Part shown: positions 38,352 to 46,881 of the stretch, piece after piece
How the letters are laid out: the number at the start of each line of letters is the position of its first letter
How positions within the stretch are numbered: position 1 is the stretch's first letter
NCBI GenBank assembly: GCA_002422165.1
Contig: DITQ01000010.1
Location: forward strand, 56,595 to 120,594
Source of the DNA: Candidatus Pacebacteria bacterium UBA6180
Lineage (GTDB): Bacteria; Patescibacteriota; Microgenomatia; UBA1400; PJMF01
Length of the DNA stretch: 64,000 bases
Direction of reading: 5' to 3'
Notes under the pieces: model-generated
Told to the model about the DNA's origin: nothing
Databases searched by the model: none
What the model saw: only the letters and a program-made list of their open reading frames with translations
Program-made: the position numbers and the translations under genes

Positions 38352-39974
38352 TTAGTTACCGGCTTCTAATACTAGCACTTTTGCTTCTAAAAGGGGTAAT
38401 TTATTGTTAACTTGGTTTCCAGTAATGACATTGTGAGTTTGACTTGATGGAGCTAGCCCCTCATAGTCAGTGGTTGGTTCTTTTCCGTCTGATTTGGGGT
38501 AGGATTGAGCAAATTCTGCTTTTTGATCCACTTCGTACATTACGTAGTACAATCTATTTATTTTGAGTGCTTTATAAAAATCGCTGATTTCCCTGATTTT
38601 TCCAAGGTTGGCAGCTTTGAAGTTGTCTCCATACAGATTAGGGGCTCCAGTTATCAATACTGTTGTAACTGAAAAGGGATCGCTTTCATTGATTACAAAT
38701 CCCATCAAGGTGCCAGCTACGCCAAAACCAGGAATATTTATTTCTCCAATCTCTTTTCCCAAAAAGAAAGTTGGAACCATGTTAACTTGTTTTCCGTATG
38801 CTTTATGTAAATATTCAGGATTAGTCAAGCCTTGAAGATTTGGGTCTGTTACCCACTGAGGATCAACTTTCTCTCCGGCCGGCCAAGGGAAATTGTCAAA
38901 ATTACCGAACATAATATTTTGCGAGCCTTCAATTCTAATCCACGATCCTTTATAGAAAACATGGGTGTACCCCTCGTTATCAACTACTCTTGGAAGAGTA
39001 TTGTCGATGGTTCGTTGTTCGGCGGAAGTGCCGTCGCTGACCGGCTTAAAATCTAGGGTAACAGGGTCGATATAAAATTTGTCACCATTTCTATCTGTAA
39101 AAATAATTGGGTTAGAACCTCTTCTCGCGTCCTTTTCTTTGTCCAGGGCAATGCTAAAGGTCTTGCGTTGTTCAAAGCTAAGAGAGCTGACATCAACGCT
39201 GCCTCCCTCCATAGCTTCATCTACCAATTTTTGGATTATTTCTGCTTCGCTTAGCACAACCACTTCAACTGTTGGAGAGGGTGGCTGAGTGGGAGCCTCC
39301 GCGGTCACAATCGGATCTTCCTGTGGTGGTGGCGGAGTCAAGCTGGGGTCAACTTCTCCTGGGAAGTTAGGAGCGCTTGCTTGGTTGGGATCAACATCAG
39401 CTTTGGGGGCAGAAAGTCCGCAGGCTAATTGCATCGCACCCAGAATTACAATTAAAGTTAAGCCTGCGTAAACGCCTTTAGGCATTGCGTAGAGTACTCT
39501 GTCAAATAATTCGGCAAAAGATGTAAATGGTTTTTTAAGTTCTTCCAGTAAATAACGTCGCATCAGAGCAGCTAATTCTGCCTCATTTTTTGGTGTGGAT
39601 TTTGATTCAACGGCAATGTTTTTGGCTTGTCGTTTGAGTTCTGCTACACGACTTCTAATTTGTTGCCAATTAGCTTGTAATGCTGCAGCAACTTCTATTG
39701 GCAAGTTCTTCTCGCTGATATCGAGAATTTGTTCATTTAATAAATAATTAAGTTGAAGAGCACGGGCGGTATCAATGGTTTGTTCTAAACCTTTTAGCTG
39801 TCTTTTCTTGGTTTTTCTAGCAAAAGCTTTTTTTCCAGACTCAAGAACTGAAGCTACTGTGGCCTGCTGAGGACTAAAGGGTTCGTGTTTATCTCTGTCG
39901 CCGCGAAGTTGTGAGCGAAAATTAATTTCTGCTCGCCTTTTCGAATCACTATTATGTAGTTCTTTTCTCCCCAT
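38352..39974 (-). CDS. Bitopic membrane protein with Pro-rich spacer and large extracytoplasmic domain (hypothetical)
   Basis: A ~190-aa cytoplasmic coiled-coil-like N-terminus is followed by a TM helix GLTLIVILGAMQLAC. A PPPPQEDPIVTAEAPTQPPSPT linker and a ~300-aa domain follow. Confidence 0.5.
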   Translation of the reverse strand: MGRKELHNSDSKRRAEINFRSQLRGDRDKHEPFSPQQATVASVLESGKKAFARKTKKRQLKGLEQTIDTARALQLNYLLNEQILDISEKNLPIEVAAALQANWQQIRSRVAELKRQAKNIAVESKSTPKNEAELAALMRRYLLEELKKPFTSFAELFDRVLYAMPKGVYAGLTLIVILGAMQLACGLSAPKADVDPNQASAPNFPGEVDPSLTPPPPQEDPIVTAEAPTQPPSPTVEVVVLSEAEIIQKLVDEAMEGGSVDVSSLSFEQRKTFSIALDKEKDARRGSNPIIFTDRNGDKFYIDPVTLDFKPVSDGTSAEQRTIDNTLPRVVDNEGYTHVFYKGSWIRIEGSQNIMFGNFDNFPWPAGEKVDPQWVTDPNLQGLTNPEYLHKAYGKQVNMVPTFFLGKEIGEINIPGFGVAGTLMGFVINESDPFSVTTVLITGAPNLYGDNFKAANLGKIREISDFYKALKINRLYYVMYEVDQKAEFAQSYPKSDGKEPTTDYEGLAPSSQTHNVITGNQVNNKLPLLEAKVLVLEAGN

Positions 39975-40083
39975 TTTTCCTCACTTTCACTTCTTCTTCA
40001 CGAAGAAACAAAATTGATATTTTTTGACTGCGGTTTGCTGCAACACCTGAGTGAACAGTTAAAGTTTGATTCTACCTTATGTC

Positions 40084-41184
40084 CTATAACTTTGTCAAAT
40101 CCTCTACTAGCTCTTTAATTTTTTCCTTCCCCACCTGTTGCATCACCAGGACGTGGGCGAACTCATCGGAGATAGCCAGTTGCCATTTTTCGCAAATTTG
40201 CTTTGGTGGTTTCTGGAAATAGACAATGTTGGAGTACGGATTGAGCCAACTTGGCCAGGCGATGTCCTGGAGGCGCTGATGTAGGTACTTGGCGTTGGCT
40301 AGGCAGGCGCGGGCTTCTCGAGCGAAGCCCTGCCTGCCCCTAGTCTGAATAGCGTACCAGAGGAATAAAGGGGTGTGGCCGTTGCGACAGCCAGCGATGG
40401 TGGTGTCCAGCGAGCCGATGTAGTCGACGGCGTTGCCGACGCGCTCCACCAGCGATTTTCGCGCCAGGACGATCCCCACAGGCATGTGGGTACCGATAAA
40501 TTTGTGGCCAGAAATAGCTAGACTGCCGATGCTCTGACGAAAATCTGCCTGAGGGGCGCCGCTTAGGAAGGGCAAAGTCATACCGAAGAGGGCGGCGTCG
40601 CAGTGTAGGTGGAAGCGCTTGATGCCTTGTCGCTTGAGGACTGCTTCAGCCAAGTCGATTCGGTCAATTGCTCCGCGCATGGTGGTGCCAAGGTTGAGAT
40701 TGAGGAGGACGGGTAAGTGGCGGCGAGCGGCAATTTGCTGTTCTAGATCAGTGTAGTCGATCTCGCCGTGGGCTTGGGACTTAACCATCACGGTAGGGAT
40801 GCGCAGCAGGCGAGCAATTTTCTGAATCGAATAATGAGTGTCAGCGGAGAAGTACAGGACGCCTTCTGGGTAGAGTTGGCGGCCGACAAAAATTCCGTAA
40901 GTGTTGCCCTCAGTGCCGCCTGAAGTCAAGTAACCCCAGAAGTCTTCCTTGGGCATTCGGTAAAGCCGGCCAAAAAAGCGTAACGCCTCCTGCTCAAACT
41001 TTTCAGAATTGATCCGCCAACTAGAGGGAACAAAAGGATCACCAAGATTTATGAGAGCATAATCGAGAAAATCATAGAGGGGACGAAAATTAGCACTGGT
41101 GTTGATTGGATAGCCGAGCATGGAAGCAGTTTTGGCATCCATGTCTTTTTTGAACGAAGTAAGCCGCTGGTTGACTTTATCCAT
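40084..41184 (-). CDS. hdc: PLP-dependent (group II) histidine-decarboxylase homolog
   Basis: WGYLTSGGTEGN, YFSADTHYSI, GEIDYTDL and the PLP-lysine motif SGHKFIG align closely with bacterial PLP-dependent HdcA (WGYVTNGGTEGN ... SGHKMIG). Length is 366 aa. Confidence 0.65.
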   Translation of the reverse strand: MDKVNQRLTSFKKDMDAKTASMLGYPINTSANFRPLYDFLDYALINLGDPFVPSSWRINSEKFEQEALRFFGRLYRMPKEDFWGYLTSGGTEGNTYGIFVGRQLYPEGVLYFSADTHYSIQKIARLLRIPTVMVKSQAHGEIDYTDLEQQIAARRHLPVLLNLNLGTTMRGAIDRIDLAEAVLKRQGIKRFHLHCDAALFGMTLPFLSGAPQADFRQSIGSLAISGHKFIGTHMPVGIVLARKSLVERVGNAVDYIGSLDTTIAGCRNGHTPLFLWYAIQTRGRQGFAREARACLANAKYLHQRLQDIAWPSWLNPYSNIVYFQKPPKQICEKWQLAISDEFAHVLVMQQVGKEKIKELVEDLTKL

Positions 41185-41297
41185 GTATCATCTATGTTTC
41201 TATCACAAATGATCTCAACTTATCAATCTTGCGCTTCCTTTCCCAAGCAGGTATAATCAAACTCTTCTAAAGTCAAATCTAAAGAAAAAGGACACCT

Positions 41298-41453
41298 ATG
41301 GGAGCATTACCCAAGAACAAAATTACTCGAGTCGAGCAAGGTAAGCGTCGCGCGGGCAATAAAGCCCAAGTCAAAAAAGACCCTAAAGTCACCGCTATCC
41401 CTCTACACAAGCAGGGTTTCGTGGCTAGCATGCGCAAAAGCCTGGGTTTATAG
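41298..41453 (+). CDS. rpmF: Small basic protein, possibly 50S ribosomal protein L32
   Basis: The 51-aa manual translation is MGALPKNKITRVEQGKRRAGNKAQVKKDPKVTAIPLHKQGFVASMRKSLGL. The N-terminus resembles L32 (MAVPKRKTSKSRR...). An RBS-like aaaggaca sits upstream. It is below the ORF-track length cutoff. Confidence 0.4.
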   Translation: MGALPKNKITRVEQGKRRAGNKAQVKKDPKVTAIPLHKQGFVASMRKSLGL

Positions 41454-41502
41454 GTTTCTTTTGCCTATTGAAAAAGCCGTCGCTCTCCCCTAGTCTACCT
41501 AT

Positions 41503-41964
41503 ATGTATTTTCTTGATGATGACGATCGAATCAAGGGTGAAGGGCGTCACCAGCGTCGTGCTTTCTTGATGCAGTTGCTTTTTGCTCACACTTTTGATGA
41601 AGTTGGAGATCAAGCTCTTAGTGAACTAGATGAGCAAGCTTTGCCAGAGGCAGAGAGTCAGCTTCTAGAGCAAATTTTGGCTGCTGCTCCAGACATTGAC
41701 ACTTTGATCGCTGCGCACGCGCCAGAACGCCCACTCTCAGAGATCAATCGGGTAGATTTATCGATTATGCGCTTGATTATTTTCGAGAGTCAGACCGAGA
41801 AAACCCCCAAGAAAGTTTTGGTCGACGAAGCCGTCGAGTTAGCTAAGGAATTTGGTAGTGATACTTCTGCCAAATTCGTCAATGGAGTTTTGGGCAAAAT
41901 TTTATTTACAGAGCTTGACCAGGCTGAGGTTAGCTCTTCAGACGAGAAAGAAAACCAATTATGA
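41503..41964 (+). CDS. nusB: Transcription antitermination factor NusB
   Basis: The C-terminal VDLSIMRLIIFE...KVLVDEAVELAKEFGSDTSAKFVNGVLGKI matches the NusB core. Confidence 0.7.
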   Translation: MYFLDDDDRIKGEGRHQRRAFLMQLLFAHTFDEVGDQALSELDEQALPEAESQLLEQILAAAPDIDTLIAAHAPERPLSEINRVDLSIMRLIIFESQTEKTPKKVLVDEAVELAKEFGSDTSAKFVNGVLGKILFTELDQAEVSSSDEKENQL

Positions 41965-42242
41965 GTTTCGCCAAAATTGACCCAGAAGTTTTTAATCGCC
42001 TTCGCCAAGTGTTGGTTGAGTTGACAGGTAATGACATCGAGGAAGTGGTGCCTGATTCTGATCTGGAAGAAGACCTTGGTCTCAATCTCGATATCGACAT
42101 GGCTAGAATCGTGTCCCGTCTTAACCAAGAATTTGACATCAATTTGCAAGAAAAATTAGTTTATCAAGAACTAACTGAGGAAACTGGTGCTAGTGTGGCA
42201 GAGTTAGCCAAATTAGTTTATGATGAATATGAATTAGGCTGA
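41961..42242 (+). CDS. Acyl-carrier-protein-like small acidic protein lacking the phosphopantetheine-attachment serine
   Basis: EEDLGLNLDIDMARIVSRLNQEF aligns with the ACP sequence [21 protein letters not shown], but the Asp-Ser-Leu serine is replaced. Its position immediately upstream of rnc matches the acpP-rnc arrangement. Confidence 0.45.
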   Translation: MSFAKIDPEVFNRLRQVLVELTGNDIEEVVPDSDLEEDLGLNLDIDMARIVSRLNQEFDINLQEKLVYQELTEETGASVAELAKLVYDEYELG

Positions 42243-42243
42243 T

Positions 42244-42909
42244 ATGACCCTGACTTTTCGCAACCCAGAACTCTTAGAGACTGCTCTTAGTCATCGCAGC
42301 TCGCTCAATGAAAAAAGCCAGTCAGGCACAACCTCGATGCAGTCCAATGAGCGCTTGGAATTTTTAGGTGATGCTGTCCTAGAGCTGGCAGCTACTCTTT
42401 ATCTTTACAATCACCAGCCTAACGAAAATGAAGGCAAGCTAACCGCTTATCGTAGTGCTCTGGTTCGCACTGAGACCTTGGCGGCTCTAGCTCGTGAGCT
42501 GGAGCTCAATAAGCAGATGTATCTGAGCAAAGGTGAGGAGCAAGGTGGTGGCCGCGACAACGACAGTTTGCTGGCTGACTTGATGGAGGCAGTCATAGGC
42601 GCTCTCTACCTCGATCAAGGCTTCGAAGCCGTCCAGGATTTTCTAGCCCAGCATTTGTTTCCCAAATTTGAAAATATTTTGCAAAATAAAAGTTACAAAG
42701 ATCAAAAAAGCTTGTTGCAAGAAGAAGTTCAAGCTCGCTCGCTTCCCACGCCAGTTTATCGTTTGGTCAAAGCTGTTGGCCCAGATCACGACAAAGAATT
42801 TACAATAGAAGTTCTGGTCAATGATCAAGTTTGGGGAGTCGGCACGGGTCACAGCAAGCAAATCGCTCAGCAGGCAGCAGCAGCTAAGGCATTGCAAAAG
42901 ATCGCTTGA
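42244..42909 (+). CDS. rnc: Ribonuclease III
   Basis: The RNase III signature ERLEFLGDAVLEL and a C-terminal dsRBD are present. Confidence 0.9.
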   Translation: MTLTFRNPELLETALSHRSSLNEKSQSGTTSMQSNERLEFLGDAVLELAATLYLYNHQPNENEGKLTAYRSALVRTETLAALARELELNKQMYLSKGEEQGGGRDNDSLLADLMEAVIGALYLDQGFEAVQDFLAQHLFPKFENILQNKSYKDQKSLLQEEVQARSLPTPVYRLVKAVGPDHDKEFTIEVLVNDQVWGVGTGHSKQIAQQAAAAKALQKIA

Positions 42910-42942
42910 GAAATTGGCGACTTCAAGGTAAAATTCATCTCT

Positions 42943-43353
42943 ATGCTAAAAATAAAACTTGCTAGATTCGGTAAAAAACACCAAGCCCACTATCGTATCG
43001 TGGTCAACGAAGCTCGTGACAAAAGAGATGGCAGTTACACTGCTCTACTCGGCCACTACAGCCCAGTTGTACCCAAGAAATTGGAAATCGACGTTGCCGC
43101 TTACGAAGCTTGGATAGTCAAGGGTGCTCAGCCAACTGAGACAGTCGCTGCTCTTTTCAGGCGTTTCAAGTCTGGCGATCCTTTCCCTGTCAAGAAGCCT
43201 GGTCTCTCCAAGAAAGCCAAAGCCAAGGCTGTAGCTGCTGCTAAGCAAGCTAGTGAGCCAGTTGTCGAGCCAGCCAAAGAAACTGTCGCAGAAGAAGCTG
43301 CTCCAATTGTCGAAACCGAAGTCGCCGAAGCTACTGAAAAAATTGCTGCTTAA
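42943..43353 (+). CDS. rpsP: 30S ribosomal protein S16 with Ala/Lys/Glu-rich C-terminal extension
   Basis: The N-terminal MLKIKLARFGKKHQAHYRIVV matches S16. The C-terminal ~55 aa are low complexity. Confidence 0.88.
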   Translation: MLKIKLARFGKKHQAHYRIVVNEARDKRDGSYTALLGHYSPVVPKKLEIDVAAYEAWIVKGAQPTETVAALFRRFKSGDPFPVKKPGLSKKAKAKAVAAAKQASEPVVEPAKETVAEEAAPIVETEVAEATEKIAA

Positions 43354-43365
43354 GTAAATTATTAT

Positions 43366-43623
43366 TTGCTTGTAAATCAAAATAACACTATGAAAAGCTT
43401 ACTTGAATTCATCTTACTTCGCATGGTCGAACACCCAGAAGATCTAAAGATTGATGAGGTTCAAGAAATGGGTCTGACTATTTACAAACTTAAGCTTCAT
43501 CCTGATGATGTTGGTCGCGTGATTGGTCGCTCTGGCAACGCCATTAAAGCTATTCGCAAACTCGCCAGTGTGCGTGCGGTAAAAGAACGCTTGCGCGTGA
43601 GAGTGGTTTTGCAGGAAGACTAA
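43366..43623 (+). CDS. KH-domain RNA-binding protein (YlqC/UPF0109 family)
   Basis: The VGRVIGRSGNAIKAIR GXXG KH motif is present. Synteny after rpsP is conserved. An alternative start exists at 43390. Confidence 0.75.
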   Translation: MLVNQNNTMKSLLEFILLRMVEHPEDLKIDEVQEMGLTIYKLKLHPDDVGRVIGRSGNAIKAIRKLASVRAVKERLRVRVVLQED

Positions 43624-44465
43624 AGCTCTTCTTCAGTTTCATTTATTCTACTCAGTTCATCAGCTGGTTCTACAGATGCATTTAGGCTTTGTTCTAACTC
43701 TTCAACGCTCAGGTTTCCAATTCCAAATAAATTGCCGCGGTCACCGCGGATAACCTGGTCTTGAAGCTGCAGATCTCCCGGGATTAGTTGGTTGATGTTA
43801 TCGAGAATTTTGCGCTCTGCCAAGGTAATGTCAGGTAAGGGATTGGTGATAGTGGTGCGAATGGATTGGGTGAAATAAAAACTGCGCAAGACCAGATCAG
43901 CCTGAGCAATAGCGTTGCGATCTTGCTCAATATTGCGATTAATTGAGATGCTGGTAATAGTGCTGATTGGAGTAACTTGTTCTATTAGACTCATAAACTC
44001 CTGAATGCGCCAAAGTGGACCACTGACGCTAAAATCTAAATCGAGAAAATCATAGCTTGTAGTGTTGCTGCTGCGGCGTACTTGAGTGGAATCAGTGGCA
44101 ATTTCACCAGGATTGAGGCTGAAGTTTTTGATCACCACCTCTGTGGTGTTGGCAACTTTGTTAAGATTATTGAGAATTTCTAAAAGTGGTTTGTGAGAAG
44201 GCAAAACTTTATTGATATCAGAAGCCTGGTTGAAATTGGGGTCGATGGCTAGCTGTTTGAGTTGTTCTGCCTTATTATAAAATTTGGCTAGCTCTAGTTC
44301 ACGCTCATTAAGTTTATTTAAGTCAGTCAAAATTGGAGTAATTTGTTGGATCACGCCAATTAATAAAACTAGTCCAGCGAGGATGAAAAAAAGTACTCCT
44401 AAGACTAATTCCTTACGAGTGTTCCAAAATAAGCGCCAGTTTACTTCGGTTTTATTTTCAATCAT
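43620..44465 (-). CDS. PilO-like type IV pilus assembly protein (bitopic)
   Basis: An N-terminal TM helix and a coiled-coil precede the periplasmic domain. It sits downstream of pilM and pilN on the same strand with overlapping ends. Confidence 0.45.
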   Translation of the reverse strand: MIENKTEVNWRLFWNTRKELVLGVLFFILAGLVLLIGVIQQITPILTDLNKLNERELELAKFYNKAEQLKQLAIDPNFNQASDINKVLPSHKPLLEILNNLNKVANTTEVVIKNFSLNPGEIATDSTQVRRSSNTTSYDFLDLDFSVSGPLWRIQEFMSLIEQVTPISTITSISINRNIEQDRNAIAQADLVLRSFYFTQSIRTTITNPLPDITLAERKILDNINQLIPGDLQLQDQVIRGDRGNLFGIGNLSVEELEQSLNASVEPADELSRINETEEEL

Positions 44466-45018
44466 TTTTTTTGAGTTCTAATTTGAGAGTCAGTTTATAG
44501 CTACCATTGTCTGCTCTAGACAAAGTATTTTTTTCGATGTCATGATATTGCCCTCGTAATTTTTCGCTATCTAGAATTTGGTTGACTTCTCTGAATTTGA
44601 AGATATTTTCGCTGCTTAATTGCAACACCAACCCACCCTGCTCTTCCTGGTAGCTCATGCCGACAATTTCAGCTTTTTCAGCAAAAGTTTCAGAGAAGTA
44701 GTTCATTGCAGCCTGCTTATCACTACGTTTTTGATAAATTTCACTGATGGCTCGAATTTTATTGACAAAAATTAAATAATTAAGCTCGACATTTTCTTGG
44801 GCGAGAATGCTTGCTCGATATTCCTTGATTTTGTTTTCGGTAGTATTAATGCGCAAATTATTAAACAATTTAAAACCAAAAACCCCAATCATGAGTAGGC
44901 AAGCTACTCCCAATACATAGCTGCTTAAGCGAAAAATGCGAACATCTTGCTCTTTTTGCTTGCTTTTTTGTTTAACACGGTTGGCTAAAAAATTGATGTT
45001 GATCATGAGTTTTGCCAT
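44458..45018 (-). CDS. pilN: PilN-like type IV pilus assembly protein
   Basis: The N-terminal ININFLANR resembles the PilN INLLP motif. A single TM helix is present. Length is 186 aa. Confidence 0.55.
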   Translation of the reverse strand: MAKLMININFLANRVKQKSKQKEQDVRIFRLSSYVLGVACLLMIGVFGFKLFNNLRINTTENKIKEYRASILAQENVELNYLIFVNKIRAISEIYQKRSDKQAAMNYFSETFAEKAEIVGMSYQEEQGGLVLQLSSENIFKFREVNQILDSEKLRGQYHDIEKNTLSRADNGSYKLTLKLELKKND

Positions 45019-45022
45019 TAAG

Positions 45023-46030
45023 CTAGAGCTGTCTAGTGATTAGGCCCATGCAAACGCTATAGCTAGCTTGATTGAGTTCTGGAACTTGGCCTTTGGCTTT
45101 GGCGAAAGGAGCTGCTATCAACACTTCCACTCCCAAATTTTGACTGATTTTTTCGACCAAACCCTTTAGTTGAGCTGGCCCACCAGCTAAAGCAATGCGC
45201 TTAATTTTTTGTTCAGGGTGATTTTGGTTAAAAAAGCGCATCGTTTTTTGCAAATCAATGATTAGGTTGTTAATAATTGGGTCAATGACTTGGTATAGCT
45301 TGCCTTCCATTTGATTGGGATCGAGACCATAGTTAATTTTGTATTCTTCTGCCTGTTTAAGGTCGAGATTGAAACTTTGGCTAATAGCAGCGTCAATTAG
45401 TGAGCTGCCAGTTTTAGAATTAAAAACGAACTCGAACATATTATTGGCAACCACAGCGATGTCGTTGCTACTGGAGCCCATTTGGACAATGATGGTCTCA
45501 GGATCATTGGCTTCTATATCTAGCGAGCGAATGACAGAAAAAATTTGGGTTTCAAGAAGGGTTGCTTCGATGCCAATGTTGAGAAAAACATTATTGATTT
45601 TTTCAACCAGGGATTTACGCGATCCAACTAGCAAAACTTTCATTGTTGCATTAACTGCTTTTTTATTGGGTTTTTCTAGAACTTGATACTGCAAGATAAG
45701 GTCATTTTTGGGGATGGGGATGGACTGTTCAGCTTGCCAGCCAATCGCTGAAGCCAGCTCAGCATCACTAAGGACAGGCACATCAATCACTTTACTAGTG
45801 ACTAGATATTCAGGCAAACTAAGTCTGACGTCGCTTTGATCGAGCTTGTAGTCGTGGAAAAGGTTGCTAATTAGCTCAGCGAACTGCAGTGCTTCTTGGT
45901 CGCTTTTGGGAGCGACTAATCCTAATTTATTTTTGATTTCTACAGCTTTATTAATCGCTTGACTTCTGCTGTCTTTAGCAACAACGATCTTAATCGTGTG
46001 GGTGCCGATGTCTAGGGCAGTTATTGACAT
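45023..46030 (-). CDS. pilM: Type IV pilus assembly protein PilM (actin-like ATPase fold)
   Basis: The N-terminal ITALDIGTHTIKIVV matches the PilM/FtsA-like phosphate-1 motif. Length is 335 aa. Confidence 0.7.
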   Translation of the reverse strand: MSITALDIGTHTIKIVVAKDSRSQAINKAVEIKNKLGLVAPKSDQEALQFAELISNLFHDYKLDQSDVRLSLPEYLVTSKVIDVPVLSDAELASAIGWQAEQSIPIPKNDLILQYQVLEKPNKKAVNATMKVLLVGSRKSLVEKINNVFLNIGIEATLLETQIFSVIRSLDIEANDPETIIVQMGSSSNDIAVVANNMFEFVFNSKTGSSLIDAAISQSFNLDLKQAEEYKINYGLDPNQMEGKLYQVIDPIINNLIIDLQKTMRFFNQNHPEQKIKRIALAGGPAQLKGLVEKISQNLGVEVLIAAPFAKAKGQVPELNQASYSVCMGLITRQL

Positions 46031-46040
46031 ATTTATAGTT

Positions 46041-46838
46041 TTATTTTGCTAAACTTCCTCCGCTAACTAGGGCAAAATCCATAAAAGCCGGGGCGGCAGG
46101 AATTGACCTTTTAACCTCGATGGCTTTGGAGCTAGAACCATCTGGCATCTGAGCCATCGACAAAATCGTGTATTGGGCGCTGGCTAGTAGGTTGCTGCTG
46201 CCACTCAAGTGAAGATCGGTGCCCTGGTCAAGTGGTAGGATGCGTAAAAAAGCTCCTTGGTTATTACTGCCGTCAATGCCGATGGTGTATTGAAATTGGT
46301 AAAGATCTTCTGTGGAGGCTGTTGCGCTAAGTAGGTTCTGGTCACTTTGGCTAGCACAGTTGCCAACCATATAATAATTAACATCCGTCGCGCCACCACT
46401 AAGGAAGTAATGACCAATTAGAAGGTTGGCCGCTCCCTGATCACAAGCACTTTGAGACCAGTGTAGAGTTAGATTGCCAGTTTGTGTGTCGCTAATGCGC
46501 ACTTCCAGCGCTGTTTTTTCTGGCACAAAACCAGTGAATTCATCAGCAGAGCTAATACTGACCTGGTTAAAGTTGGCATCTTCAAAGGAAAATTCAGCAG
46601 GCAATTGGATATTTTGATCGCTTTCGAATTGAAAAATGTTGCCGAGAGCTTGTTGGATTCCTGATTCGGCAGTACTAAAAACGCGAGCAGTGTCCTCTTG
46701 TGCGATATTACTTTGACTTTCTCTGATGGTGCGGTTGGCGATGGAAAGGCCAATCACCAAGATGATGGCTGAAATTAGTAGGACAATTACCCCAACTTGC
46801 CCATCTTGACTGGAACTAAAAGCAATGTGTTTCTGCAT
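46041..46838 (-). CDS. Membrane-anchored hypothetical protein at the head of the pilMNO cluster
   Basis: An N-terminal hydrophobic helix is VGVIVLLISAIILVIGLSIA. Length is 265 aa. It is pilus-associated by context only. Confidence 0.4.
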   Translation of the reverse strand: MQKHIAFSSSQDGQVGVIVLLISAIILVIGLSIANRTIRESQSNIAQEDTARVFSTAESGIQQALGNIFQFESDQNIQLPAEFSFEDANFNQVSISSADEFTGFVPEKTALEVRISDTQTGNLTLHWSQSACDQGAANLLIGHYFLSGGATDVNYYMVGNCASQSDQNLLSATASTEDLYQFQYTIGIDGSNNQGAFLRILPLDQGTDLHLSGSSNLLASAQYTILSMAQMPDGSSSKAIEVKRSIPAAPAFMDFALVSGGSLAK

Positions 46839-46881
46839 GCTAAATCATGATAGCAGAATTGCTTGTTTGTAAGCAAGTATA

